A stretch of 64,000 nt of DNA from Sedimentisphaerales bacterium (GCA_963663965.2 CAXXFK010000031.1:1-64000); one strand, 5' to 3'. Shown: positions 21,001 to 30,804, numbered from the stretch's first letter. Numbers and translations: made by a program. Notes: generated by a model from the letters alone, not told the origin.

Positions 21001-23530
21001 AGACAGGAATATTTTCGGCCAGCCCCGGGTTTTGGACCACTGTGCCGAAATAACGTGGCGCGTTATCCACTGAGAGATAAACAGGGTCACGGGAATAACG
21101 TCCAGCGGTGTCATCCGCGACGACGGCCCAGCGAACCATGTCGCCGGGGCCATAGGCTGAGGCGGGAATGGACGCGGTGAAAATACCGTCCAGAGCGGTA
21201 CTGTCGGGAGTCATGCCATCATCCCGCATGGTCAGTTGGATTTCAGCGCCAAAGCCCACGACGTAGATCAGTGTCACGCTGTCCACCGGCTGATCGGTTT
21301 CATCCACCTGAGTGGTGATGATAATATTCTGATCGGCAGCCGGAGGTACAATCTGATCGGTCGTTTGAGCTATGGCCGGGCCGGGATTGTTCATACCCGG
21401 CAGATTGGGCATTCCGGGAGAAGCCGGCAACATAAAGGTCGCAATCTGGGAAGTCAGGTCCAGTTTTGATTTTCTCAGGACGGTCAGGCGGGGTGAGATT
21501 AACAGGTCGTTATTACCGGACTGGCGATTGACCCCCTGAATCGTCAGGATATTCTGCCCGATCCGCAAATAATCCAGAACATCCTCATTCAATTCGAACG
21601 TCTGATATTTGACAGCCAGACTGTCATTATGAGTTAAAGTGGCGCTAGAATTGTATTTTAACGGTTGCGCCACATTCGCGGAAGCGATTACGGGAGACTC
21701 ATTCATCCAGGCGGCAAACCCATCATCATATCTCATTTGCAGTTTCAGGTTGCTGAGATTCGACAGGTCAGATACTTCAAACGGGATGCGCAAATAAACT
21801 GAACTATTTTTGCCATACATGGCCTGGCGTACATCCAGTCCGATATAGGGGATATAAGTTGTTTCCAGATCGAAGCCGACTCCCGGCAGGCCGGAAAGCC
21901 AGTTCGTGTCATCAAAAGAGAGCGAACGCCAAATCTGGCCTGATGATTCATCCGTTGGCACCCAGGCCCGGACCGGGCTGGATTCGCCCACCAATTCTAC
22001 TTCTCTGACGGACGTACCGGCAGGACTGGTCAGGCCGAAAGAGAGATAGCCGTATTGGCGGGGGTAGTCATATTGATGGACAATCGTTTTTCCGTCAGGA
22101 CGAACCAGAGCCAGATAACCGGAGTCGCTATTGAGGGCAAAATCGGTATGCAACGGGGCATTCGGATTGGTACGGTCTTTCCCGGACGCATAAATAATAC
22201 GGAATTCTCCCGGTTGGAGAATCAGGCCGGGAATTTGCCAGCCACGCAGTTGCAGGGGGTTATCGGTAAGGAAATACCCGGTGAGATCCACGGCAAGATT
22301 GGCGGGATTATACAATTCGAGCCAGTCGGAAGAATCATAATCTTCATCCAGCAGTTCGCCCGGCAGAGGCGGGTATCTGGCGACGTTCAAGGCGACAAAT
22401 TCGGTGATCAGGGCTTCGGGGCCCGTGGTCAGCCACGATTGGGCCATGCTGGCGTAATCGGTCATGCTGACTTGTCCGGATTGATCAAAATCGGGCAGTT
22501 GCATCACCGGAGAATCGGCATGTAACCAGGTTTGGGCCAGCATCAAAAGGTCCGTTATGCCGACGAGGCAGTCACCATCCAGATCCTGAGGAGGACAAAA
22601 TGATTGCGCCAGAGTAACCGATACGCTGTCCGTCTCATGATAAGGGCCGACAGTGACAGTCAAGGTAAAGGTGTAGGTTCCAGGGATCGCCGGTAAAACG
22701 ACGCGAGGGTCCAGTATCTGATTATCGGGATCATAAAAAATCAGATTGTTATCGACTCCCTCCGGTTGGCCGGTTAATTCCCATTGAACCGCGACCGGAA
22801 CATTCGAGTCGCCCAGGGTCTGATAAGCGCCATTCAGGGTTATCTGGTGTTGAGGCAGAACCATGATCTGGTCGGAGCCGGCATCAATGGTTGGCGGCCA
22901 GACTCCACCGGGTAACGCCAGCAAATCCACCTCCGCAATCTGCATGCTATTGGCGCCGGAAGGATAGCGTACATTAGGAAACATGACCTGGTAACAGGTA
23001 TAGATTTTATCGTTGGGGAAAATGACCGGGGTGTTGTTTGGGGTGTATCGCGGCCAGGGAATATCCTGTTTAAAGTCGACGATTTCTCCAGAAGCAATTA
23101 ATTCATAGGGACCGCTTATTGAGGTGTTGGAGCCATAAAGTTCATAAGAGACCGGATCACGTTCAGGCGCGTCATTGGCGGTAGTAAAAACTAAGGCGGT
23201 AACCGGTACGGTGTGGGCGTTGGGGGCAACCTGGAATCCGGTAGACGAGTTCTGGCCGCCAAAGTGAAGGTATTTGGTATTCGAATTGTTATCAATAACA
23301 TTGGCCGGCGCTTCATTGCCCGGCCATTCATCGTCTTCTGGAACACCAACCACGGTATTGCCGGGACTGGTGATATCGTAAATGGACACATTGGCGGCAG
23401 CGGCCATGGCCGACAGGAAGCAAACCAGCACCCCTAATGACAGGAGTTGACGGCCAGTTAAGGTATTACGAGTTTGTTTCAATAAATACTCTAAATCCGC
23501 TTGACAGCGATTATCCATATCCATTTTCAT
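18053..23530 (-). CDS. Large secreted lamin-tail-domain / CotH-kinase-family protein with N-terminal jelly-roll domain and dockerin-like pair (start uncertain)
   Basis: Repeated I(S/N)E(I/V)MYHP...EFIELxN lamin-tail motifs, CotH-like HKNYFIY...MPWDKDLTFG, and DLDGDCLVGITDL...W / DFDQSGQVSMTDY...W. Confidence 0.85.
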   Translation of the reverse strand: MKMDMDNRCQADLEYLLKQTRNTLTGRQLLSLGVLVCFLSAMAAAANVSIYDITSPGNTVVGVPEDDEWPGNEAPANVIDNNSNTKYLHFGGQNSSTGFQVAPNAHTVPVTALVFTTANDAPERDPVSYELYGSNTSISGPYELIASGEIVDFKQDIPWPRYTPNNTPVIFPNDKIYTCYQVMFPNVRYPSGANSMQIAEVDLLALPGGVWPPTIDAGSDQIMVLPQHQITLNGAYQTLGDSNVPVAVQWELTGQPEGVDNNLIFYDPDNQILDPRVVLPAIPGTYTFTLTVTVGPYHETDSVSVTLAQSFCPPQDLDGDCLVGITDLLMLAQTWLHADSPVMQLPDFDQSGQVSMTDYASMAQSWLTTGPEALITEFVALNVARYPPLPGELLDEDYDSSDWLELYNPANLAVDLTGYFLTDNPLQLRGWQIPGLILQPGEFRIIYASGKDRTNPNAPLHTDFALNSDSGYLALVRPDGKTIVHQYDYPRQYGYLSFGLTSPAGTSVREVELVGESSPVRAWVPTDESSGQIWRSLSFDDTNWLSGLPGVGFDLETTYIPYIGLDVRQAMYGKNSSVYLRIPFEVSDLSNLSNLKLQMRYDDGFAAWMNESPVIASANVAQPLKYNSSATLTHNDSLAVKYQTFELNEDVLDYLRIGQNILTIQGVNRQSGNNDLLISPRLTVLRKSKLDLTSQIATFMLPASPGMPNLPGMNNPGPAIAQTTDQIVPPAADQNIIITTQVDETDQPVDSVTLIYVVGFGAEIQLTMRDDGMTPDSTALDGIFTASIPASAYGPGDMVRWAVVADDTAGRYSRDPVYLSVDNAPRYFGTVVQNPGLAENIPVLQLFVQNSYAANTDTGTRGSVFYRDQFYDNIFIRHRGGFSTFGNKIKFNDGYLFEFDPDYERVDEINLNTAGSDPAYIRQIISWDTYARAGLPASLCYPLLLITNNNAGEFRLFVEQPDRHLLRRVGLDDDGALYKAYTDLNINLTGEQTPSLRKVTRRYEDLSDAQALAAGIDPGNPQRAQYLFDNINIPAVINYMAASVIIHDNDLTHKNYFIYRDTNGSGEWMFMPWDKDLTFGVNSGIPNLTADRDWIEEIGDIRGPSHPFFGDYLHEKIDYKWNRLIDAVTTNPVSREMYLRRLRTLMDEWLQPVDTPADQLHFEQQIDALSDLLWPQLGSDNFLANLEAIKTDYLAPRRVHLYQHHAMGSDWPGCANIPDAQPAQFALQFGTIEFNPSTGNQDDEYIELINPNAVALDLSNYQIAGGVEYRFPAGAVIPSENRLFLSPDVVAFRSRSQSPTGGECHLVLGNYKGHLSNWGESIQLLDPQGNLVVETSYAGEPSDAQRYVRISEIMYHPADSANPAYVDEDYEFIELINIGDMAVSLANISFTDGIQYTFDSNASLNPGQFALLVKNPLAFSERYAIPGETLIFGPYEGFLDNGDETIVLDDASGSTILDFQYKDGWYPLTDGQGFSLTINNPQEPDLDSWNNKEAWHTSVQTGGSPGAADQALPLGAVVFNEILAVNAAGLSPWIELHNTLDIPVSIEGWFLSNTPDNLALYPLPPGLSIPAHHYLLIDQNSYFGSAFSLDAMGQTLYLTSGVNGQLTGYQTIEDYGPSITGLSYGRHVKSNDNPDFVILSSPTPGQPNTLPRVGPIVFNEVMYHPALNNDAEYLELLNISNDTVNLWESNALNGLNTGWRLQDSDGIMLEFPDTVSLAPGEILLIIKDINAYTAEFGPIPTDIQVIVWTSNSLSNGGEKVDLYQPQFSPDGDAGWLRIDRINYDDSDPWPTDPDGNGASLHRIQSQAYGNDPANWLASEPSPGTE

Positions 23531-23746
23531 GATAAAACTCTTTTTCCTCATGAAGCAATAGCATGATTCGATTGATGCGTCCAAGACGATGAAGTGACTA
23601 TGTCATCAGCGCCGAACAAAACCAAAGGCAGACCGCGCTAAGTGATACAATATTCGTTTGAGGCAGCGTTTTTTTCCCGGGTTGTAATAATGATCGCATC
23701 ATTCAGTCCGGTTAAAGAAACCGGAAATAGATGAGCAAGAAGAAGG

Positions 23747-23782
23747 AGACAGGTTGTCCCCGATACTGGAAACAACCTGTCT
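23747..23782 (-). terminator. Probable terminator or stem-loop
   Basis: AGACAGGTTGT / ACAACCTGTCT inverted repeat just downstream of the LamG gene. Confidence 0.55.
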
Positions 23783-23819
23783 TGTGAGTTTAAAAGCATA
23801 GCAGAAAAAACTTCAATTC

Positions 23820-25811
23820 TTAATCAACCAGATAAGGATTTTCACATTCTGCCTTTTGTGGATCATTACATTTGATCCAGTTGGCTGCCATCATGGCAAA
23901 GTCTAAAAGGTCAACTTTGCAGTCTTCGTTCAAGTCGCCGGCCATCAGCAGGCCGTCTTCCTTAACGCGGGTACAATCGGCATTGCTAACCAGAATCGTC
24001 ACATCCATCGTGGTGTCGAATTCGCCATCACTGACGGTTAAACGGAAGGTATAGCTGGCCGCATCGGCAATCGTCACAGTTGGATCTTCAACCGAGGTTG
24101 AAGAGAACGCAGCAACAGGACCATCCAGAGGATCGGGCGAAACCTGTTCCCACTGATAAGTAAGTTCATCGCCATGGGCGTCAAACACTTCGGCTTCGAG
24201 TAATACATCCTGGGTACCGGCGAGAACGAGTTCTTCCGGAGCCGTGATAGAGACAATAACCGGAGCGGAGTTCTGGCCCATTAAGGTCAATGCCTGAACT
24301 TCTTCCAGACTTAACGGATAGGTGTAAATGCGGATGTCATCCATCATACCTTTCATATAGTCACCAATGTAGGTTTCGCTAATAGTACTGTCTTTGGCGC
24401 CGATATAAAGAACCTGGCTGAGGTAGTTGAAAATCGGAATGTACCGAGTATTGGTTTTGGAGGCGACTTCAATACCATCGAAATAGACCTTCAGGGTCTG
24501 GCCATCATAGGTACCAACGGCGTGATGCCATTCATTGGGATCGAAAATGGGGGTAGTGATTTGATTGTTACGACCCGGTCCAATGGAGAAGACAAAGTTG
24601 CCACCTTCACAGAGGAAGCGGAAAATGTTTTCATCATCACTGACGGCCGAGTTACCATACTGCATGATGCGGCGGTTGCCATCCCAGTCCGTGGCGTTGA
24701 CCCAGGCGGATACCGAAATACAAGCATCCAGATTAGTCAGGTTGGGATCGCCGGCTTCCGGATTGGGAGTAATCGTAATAAAACTCATATCGGTGAAATT
24801 CAGAGCCCAGTTATTTTCGCCATCGCCAGGAATCCAGCCCGGTACCCAGTTGGGATCGGTATGGAGGTCCATGTAGTTGCCCAGTTCACCGGAGTCATTG
24901 TCTTCGGTGACGTCATTGACAGTTTTAACATCGAAGCCTTCGTTCAAGGGCCAGTAGGCAATCATGGCTGCTTCGGTGGCGGCATCCCAGACACGGATGG
25001 TGATCTGGTCAGCGGGGCCCACATTGCCAGTGTCATCAGTCACGTCCAGTTGCAGAACATAAGTTCCGGGTACGGAGGGCATATCGATGGTGGGTTCGAG
25101 TTGATTGGCCTGACCGGCAAAATCGACAGTCGCCGGACCAGAAACCTGACTCCACTGGATAGTCCAGGAGGTGGAGTCGATATCATCGATAATGGCGGTT
25201 AAGGCCAAAGTGACATCAGGGGTGCGCAGAATGGAATCGGGGGTCTGGATCAGACCGGCAGGGGGCCACCCGGCGGCCGGTTTTTCCAGCAGTTCGATTT
25301 CGGCAATCTGCATCAAGTTTGCGCCTCTATTCTTGGGGAACATGAGTTTGTAATGATCGTAAGCTTTTGTGTTGTTAAAAATCATCGGGGTAGTGGTTTT
25401 AACTTTACGACCTACACCGGCAATAAAGTCAGGAATATCGCCGGCATGGATCAATGTCCAGTTTCCAGTTTCGGAAGCGGATTCATCATTCGATCCGAAT
25501 AATTCATAACTGATCGGGTCGCGTTCCTGGGCATCATTGGCTGAGGTAAAGGTGACACCCTGGACAACGGTGTCCTTGGGGGTCGGGGAGATGATGATAC
25601 CCCACGGACCGGCATTAAAATGCAGGTATTTGGTATCGACGCTGTTGTCAATACCATACTGGGGCGCTTCGGCTGCGGGCCAGCCGCCAGTCACGTTGGG
25701 CAGGCCGATGACCGGATTGCCGGGTGCGGTGATGTCACCATCTGCAAAAACCATGCCCAACGAGCTGCACAGCACCAATGCTGCCAGTAACAATAGTCGC
25801 TCTTTTTTCAT
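23820..25811 (-). CDS. Secreted LamG/concanavalin-like protein with PKD-like repeats and C-terminal dockerin-like motif
   Basis: GGAGG RBS, then signal peptide MKKERLLLLAALVL. LamG motif WHHAVGTYDG...MDDIRIY, WxQVSG PKD-like repeats, and GDLNEDCKVDLLDFAMMAANW. Confidence 0.85.
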   Translation of the reverse strand: MKKERLLLLAALVLCSSLGMVFADGDITAPGNPVIGLPNVTGGWPAAEAPQYGIDNSVDTKYLHFNAGPWGIIISPTPKDTVVQGVTFTSANDAQERDPISYELFGSNDESASETGNWTLIHAGDIPDFIAGVGRKVKTTTPMIFNNTKAYDHYKLMFPKNRGANLMQIAEIELLEKPAAGWPPAGLIQTPDSILRTPDVTLALTAIIDDIDSTSWTIQWSQVSGPATVDFAGQANQLEPTIDMPSVPGTYVLQLDVTDDTGNVGPADQITIRVWDAATEAAMIAYWPLNEGFDVKTVNDVTEDNDSGELGNYMDLHTDPNWVPGWIPGDGENNWALNFTDMSFITITPNPEAGDPNLTNLDACISVSAWVNATDWDGNRRIMQYGNSAVSDDENIFRFLCEGGNFVFSIGPGRNNQITTPIFDPNEWHHAVGTYDGQTLKVYFDGIEVASKTNTRYIPIFNYLSQVLYIGAKDSTISETYIGDYMKGMMDDIRIYTYPLSLEEVQALTLMGQNSAPVIVSITAPEELVLAGTQDVLLEAEVFDAHGDELTYQWEQVSPDPLDGPVAAFSSTSVEDPTVTIADAASYTFRLTVSDGEFDTTMDVTILVSNADCTRVKEDGLLMAGDLNEDCKVDLLDFAMMAANWIKCNDPQKAECENPYLVD

Positions 25812-25866
25812 AATAGATCCTCCAAAGTATAGAGAATTAAATTGACATGTCCCAACTGCGGGACAT

Positions 25867-27540
25867 TTATTGATTCGATAAATAAGGGATTTCAGAGATC
25901 CATAAATAAGGATTTTCGAAGACTCCCCAGTCGGCATATTGATGGCCGCCATCCAGGCTGGCCAGAGTCAGAAAACGGTCCGTGTCGCTGATAACCACAT
26001 CAATATCAACACAGCCATCTTTTGTCACATTGCGATAGATCGCCATAGGTTTCGCGTCAACCAGGAGGTAAAAATCACTTGAGCCATCATCCGACTCATA
26101 AGCGATTCCACAACGCGAGGTAAACCGTTCAATCCGGAAGAGCGGGTAAGCGCGCCGGATCGCGTCGAGATCAAAAGTGACCCCAACATTGGCGTGCATA
26201 CAAATAACCTCAGGATCAATGATAGTTTGAGGATCGTCTAAAGACAACCGGGCGTTGACATGCCCGCGAGCCTGGGTTACCATAATCACCCGATCATTGT
26301 TACAGATCGGGAAATAATAATCATTTCCGGTATTATTAAACCCTTCATAGTATAAGAAATTTGAAGCAATCTGGACCGGACCATATTCACCATCGGGCAC
26401 AAAGACCCCGTCGACAAACGGGAGTTGCACCGGGTTGAACTCATAGGATCCGGTATTGGCGGATTCCTGAATCACATTGACCAATTTACCCGTAGCAGGA
26501 TCCAGACCGCTATCGGGTCTGCCAGTGCCAAAACCATTGCCCCCCGCGATGATATCAGACAAATCCAGGCGTGGCTGACCACGCCATACCTGGCCAGAAA
26601 AGGAATCAATTCGCCGAACAAAGTTATCTTTGCCAATATCGATATCCGTAACGGCGGAATTTTCATTATTAATCCGTTTGGCTTTGCCGGCCGGCACCAA
26701 CTGGGTGTCTCCCAAATGCCGGGCAACCAGCTGGGTTTTGCCTTGAATGACGTGCAAATCGGTATTGCCGGACTTGTCTGCGACGATACCAAACTCGGTA
26801 CCCAAATCGATAATTTTGGTATTATCGGTATTGACAGTGAATCCAATTGCCTGGCGGGGGACCGAGGCGTAAAGTTTTCCGCTATCCAGATACATGCTGT
26901 CCTGAGAAATCAGTTTAAAGTCGATCGGCGCTTCAAGAACGACGTGGGTGCCGTTCATAAAGCTCAATTCGGCAAAGCCCGATTCCAGGCGATAATTGCC
27001 CGACCACATCCATTCTCCGGTTTCGAATTGCAGGCCGTTGTAATCCCAACACGCATTCACTTCATTAGTAATGCGGGCGATTTTAACATGCAGATCGGTC
27101 TGATGCATGTTGATAATGGCGCGATCGAACCAGAGAATACCGAGCGCGATGAATAAAACGGCGGCCATTTTGATCAGAAACCGGACCAGGTCATTCTGAT
27201 TAAACCGTTTGATCGGTTTTCCCGAATTGGGATCAGTTAGAGTTTTTTTTTCAAAAGCGCCAAGCGCATCGATAGCATGGGCTGTTTTTTCATTTTCGGC
27301 CAGGATTTCCAATATGGCGCCGGTTGGATTTTCTTTTAAAGAAGAGGAGGGGAGTTTGATGGTGGCAGAGCGGTTTTTCAGAAAGGACCACATCGTCAAA
27401 AATTCGATATAATACCTCAAGCATGCCGGGTCGTTATGGATTTTATCTTGCAGTTGATTGAAATCCGCTTGAGAAATGGTCTCGTCCAGCAGGTCAGAAA
27501 TCCACTGGCTGAGTTGTTCATATTTGCTGTTAGAGGTCAT
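25867..27540 (-). CDS. FecR-domain anti-sigma factor with C-terminal NPCBM-like domain
   Basis: N-terminal anti-sigma helices, one TM helix, FecR motif IIDLGTEFGI, and MHANVGVTFDL...LTL...DWGVF. The start overlaps the stop of the sigma gene. Confidence 0.85.
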   Translation of the reverse strand: MTSNSKYEQLSQWISDLLDETISQADFNQLQDKIHNDPACLRYYIEFLTMWSFLKNRSATIKLPSSSLKENPTGAILEILAENEKTAHAIDALGAFEKKTLTDPNSGKPIKRFNQNDLVRFLIKMAAVLFIALGILWFDRAIINMHQTDLHVKIARITNEVNACWDYNGLQFETGEWMWSGNYRLESGFAELSFMNGTHVVLEAPIDFKLISQDSMYLDSGKLYASVPRQAIGFTVNTDNTKIIDLGTEFGIVADKSGNTDLHVIQGKTQLVARHLGDTQLVPAGKAKRINNENSAVTDIDIGKDNFVRRIDSFSGQVWRGQPRLDLSDIIAGGNGFGTGRPDSGLDPATGKLVNVIQESANTGSYEFNPVQLPFVDGVFVPDGEYGPVQIASNFLYYEGFNNTGNDYYFPICNNDRVIMVTQARGHVNARLSLDDPQTIIDPEVICMHANVGVTFDLDAIRRAYPLFRIERFTSRCGIAYESDDGSSDFYLLVDAKPMAIYRNVTKDGCVDIDVVISDTDRFLTLASLDGGHQYADWGVFENPYLWISEIPYLSNQ

Positions 27541-28094
27541 CAGAGCACCCCCTGTTCACGCAGAGAACGCATGACACAGCGTACCAACATATCATGAATC
27601 CGCGGCACTGCTTTATAAACGCTATCCGCCGTCATATTTAACGATTGGGCAATCGATTTGGTGGAAACGTGCGTGTCATGTTTCAGCAATATCAGTTTCC
27701 TATCCTGCTCGTCAAGTTTTTTAAGACAAGCTTGTAATGCTTCAAATCTTTCTTCCAGATTTTCATTAACCGATATCGCACCGCCCAGAATCTCGTCAAA
27801 GGTTTCGTCCGTAAACGAGACTTTGTTACGATATTGTTTTTTTCGAAACTCCAATATTTTGTAATGCGCGATTCGTATCCCCCAAGCGGCAAAATCCCTG
27901 ATATTGGTTTGTTCGTTATATTTTACCCACATTAACGCGGCGGTTTCCTGAAGCAGATCTTCCGCGTCACTGGGGTGAGGCACCAGAGTAAGGATAAAAG
28001 CGTAGATCCTTTTTTCCGCAACAAGCATCTGACGCACAAACGTTTGTCCGCGGGAAATAGAATGATCGAGTTGTTTATTTTCCTCTACCATCAA
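27540..28094 (-). CDS. ECF sigma-70 factor (Planctomycete/Verrucomicrobia type)
   Basis: Region 2 motif IYAFILTLV...DAEDLLQET...FAAW and a region 4 HTH; coupled to the FecR gene. Confidence 0.92.
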   Translation of the reverse strand: MMVEENKQLDHSISRGQTFVRQMLVAEKRIYAFILTLVPHPSDAEDLLQETAALMWVKYNEQTNIRDFAAWGIRIAHYKILEFRKKQYRNKVSFTDETFDEILGGAISVNENLEERFEALQACLKKLDEQDRKLILLKHDTHVSTKSIAQSLNMTADSVYKAVPRIHDMLVRCVMRSLREQGVL

Positions 28095-28476
28095 ATATCA
28101 ACAATAAGTCAAATCCCTGAATTAACTAAAAGTGTATTCTCTTATATTAAGAAAGTGGACGGTCACGGTCGAATTTGGAAAACTTTTTGTAAAAAATTTG
28201 TATTTTATTCGCAGCAATAAGGAGCCATTAAGAATGGATTTCATAACTATTGTCAGGTCAATGAATTAGGAAACGCGTCGTCCAGTGATGTTAAAAGGAC
28301 GTTTTGAATAATTCTATCAACTCAAAAAGAACAAATAAAAGTGAAATGCCTTTTTTTCATTATATCCACTATATCAAAAAGGGATTTTCAAAAGAAGAAA
28401 GATAATCCTGTAACCGGAATTATTGTTTGAAAAAGAAATGATTGCATGTCAGATTATATGAATTATATTAACTGTT

Positions 28477-28563
28477 ATACCCAATCGGGTAAGGAAACGT
28501 CCGAGCGCTCGCAATCAAAGTATTTACTTGTAAAAGACTTATTTTGCGGCCCCAGCGGGCATT
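28477..28563 (+). repeat. About 85-bp dispersed repeat, copy 1
   Basis: Shares CCGAGCGCTCGCAA and ACTTGTAAAAGACTTATTTT...CCCAGCGGGCATT with 30911-30995. Confidence 0.8.
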
Positions 28564-28756
28564 ATCCATCGTTCATGGCATATTATGGCATCAATTGCGC
28601 TTAGATTGATTTTCCTGCAAGAGATCGAACCCAGGCCATCCTCGCCGGGTGCGTTTATCGGACTTGCGTCAAGTTGGCGCCGCTTACTATATATTTCAAA
28701 AAACATAATAACTTCATTCAGGCAAGGAAGCGTCCGGTCCGTACATTGATAACCAA

Positions 28757-28785
28757 TTGCCAATAAGAAGCTTATAGATTATAAT
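28757..28785 (+). promoter_or_regulatory. Putative sigma70 promoter of the sulfatase
   Basis: TTGCCA-17bp-TATAAT. Confidence 0.55.
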
Positions 28786-28837
28786 ATGGAATCATTGCGT
28801 TCATAAACAAACGTTAAAATTTAAGCAGGGTCATCCA

Positions 28838-30406
28838 ATGAAGGTAAACAGGCGCCAATTTTTAGCAGGATTGGGAGGGAGTAGCATTGGGCTATTCGCA
28901 AGCATGCATTTGGGTTGCGCCTCTAAGCGATTTCCTCAAAAGCACAATCATATCCGTTTGCCAAATATCGTCGTGATGCTGGCGGATGATATGGGATATG
29001 GTGATGTGCAGGCCATGTGGAACGACTCACAACTTCCCACACCGAATATGAATAAACTGGCGAATGAAGGTCTCGTTTTTACTGATGCGCATTCACCCTC
29101 GGCGGTATGTACGCCAACTCGCTATGGTCTACTTACGGGAAGGTATTGCTGGCGAACGAGACTGAAAAGTTATGTACTGGGCGGATATTCGCCACCGCTC
29201 ATCGAAAAAGAACGTCCCACGATCGCGTCCGTTTTGAAAAAGGCCGGGTATACCACCGGATGTATCGGGAAGTGGCACCTGGGATTGGAATGGCCCTGGC
29301 TGAAAGCCGCTGAGGGCCGCGATCGGAATGACTATGGGTATATTCCTCAGTCAGATGAAATTGATTATCGAAAGCCCTTTACGCATACCCCGGTGGATAC
29401 CGGATTCGATTTCAGTTATATTTTGCCCGGATCACTGGATATGACCCCCTGTCTATTTGTTGAAAATCGCCAGGTTGATGAACCCCATATGGTGGAAATG
29501 GCCGGAGAAGGGGGTATTCGGTTTCATCGGAAGGGGCCGGCGTCACAGGGTATCAGACTGGAAGATATTCTGGACAGGCTGACCGATAAAGCGCTGGGAT
29601 TTATTCAGGACTCATCACAAACCAGGCAACCGTTTTTTCTGTACTTTCCATTAACCGCGCCCCATCATCCGGTGGCGCCTCATGAACGTTATTCCGGGAA
29701 GAGCGGGCAAGGCGTTTATGGCGATTTTATCATTCAAGTTGACGATACCATCGGCAGGGTCATGGCAAAATTGCAGGATTGTGGGATCGATGACAATACC
29801 CTGGTCATCGTGACCAGTGACAATGGTCCGTTTATGCGCGTGTTCGACCGTGTTCAGGCCAAAGATCATCTGGATGATCCCAATATTCAAAAGTACAACA
29901 AGATCAATCACCAGCCCAGCGGAGGATGGCGCGGCGCCAAAGCGGACATCTGGGAAGGGGGGCACCGGGTGCCGTTTATCGCACGCTGGCCGAATATTGC
30001 ACCCCGGGGACAACGTGTGGATGCGACCATTTCACTCGTGGATTTACTGGCGACGTTTGCGGAATTAGCCGGGCAGCCCATTGACCGAAAGCAGACACCT
30101 GACAGTTACAGTTTTCTAAAGTTACTTCAGGGAGAAAAAGTACATCAACGTCCTCCGGTCGTGCATCATGCCATTAATGGCACTTTTTCCATCCGTAAAG
30201 GCCAATATAAATTAGTATTTTCGAATGGATCCGGCGGATGGGACGAACCTGCCGGCACGCCCTTTGAAAAACCCTGGCGATTGTTCGATATTGACAGCGA
30301 TCCCTATGAAGAATACGATCTGGCAGATCAATTCCCCCTGATTGTTGAGCATTTAACCGTTGCCATGCGACGGATTGCCAAAGGCGATGTGAAAGAACTA
30401 CTATAA
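28838..30406 (+). CDS. Tat-exported arylsulfatase (formylglycine-dependent, S1 family)
   Basis: RRQFL Tat signal; LADDMGYGD, CTPTRYGLLTG, GKWHLG, TSDNG and EGGHRVP. Confidence 0.95.
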   Translation: MKVNRRQFLAGLGGSSIGLFASMHLGCASKRFPQKHNHIRLPNIVVMLADDMGYGDVQAMWNDSQLPTPNMNKLANEGLVFTDAHSPSAVCTPTRYGLLTGRYCWRTRLKSYVLGGYSPPLIEKERPTIASVLKKAGYTTGCIGKWHLGLEWPWLKAAEGRDRNDYGYIPQSDEIDYRKPFTHTPVDTGFDFSYILPGSLDMTPCLFVENRQVDEPHMVEMAGEGGIRFHRKGPASQGIRLEDILDRLTDKALGFIQDSSQTRQPFFLYFPLTAPHHPVAPHERYSGKSGQGVYGDFIIQVDDTIGRVMAKLQDCGIDDNTLVIVTSDNGPFMRVFDRVQAKDHLDDPNIQKYNKINHQPSGGWRGAKADIWEGGHRVPFIARWPNIAPRGQRVDATISLVDLLATFAELAGQPIDRKQTPDSYSFLKLLQGEKVHQRPPVVHHAINGTFSIRKGQYKLVFSNGSGGWDEPAGTPFEKPWRLFDIDSDPYEEYDLADQFPLIVEHLTVAMRRIAKGDVKELL

Positions 30407-30417
30407 TACCGTATTGA

Positions 30418-30804
30418 CTACAAGATATCACCAATCAGCGGACGAACGCGATCGATAGCGAAATAGACCAGATATTGATGGATTTCATTTTCTGCCGGGC
30501 AATTATTGTTTTCGCGGCGGCGGATCTGTTTGATAATCTCGGGATTGGTTTCTTCTTTGGTTTTAGTCAGGTAGAGCCGTTTGCCCTGGTACCCTTCCTG
30601 TTTTTCAATAAAAAGGTACGCGGCATGGGGATTGGTTTGCAGGTTCTGATGACTCAGACGTTCTCGCATAATAAAAGCAATCTGGTCATTTTCCATAAAG
30701 TGCGGCCGGGCATAGATGGCGACGTCCACTTCACCCTCGCTGTTGGAGGTGGCAAGGATGCCGGTTCCAGAGGTGGTTTCAAAATAGGAATGCAAGTCCT
30801 GCAT
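30418..30804 (-). CDS. Pyridoxamine 5'-phosphate oxidase-like (split-barrel FMN-binding) protein
   Basis: GILATSNSEGEVDVAIYARPH...NLQTNPHAAYLF pattern. Confidence 0.75.
   Translation of the reverse strand: MQDLHSYFETTSGTGILATSNSEGEVDVAIYARPHFMENDQIAFIMRERLSHQNLQTNPHAAYLFIEKQEGYQGKRLYLTKTKEETNPEIIKQIRRRENNNCPAENEIHQYLVYFAIDRVRPLIGDIL

Noticed and set aside
28539..28763. 74-aa ORF in the sigma-sulfatase intergenic region
   Set aside because: It overlaps a repeat and the putative promoter, and has no RBS or recognisable motif.
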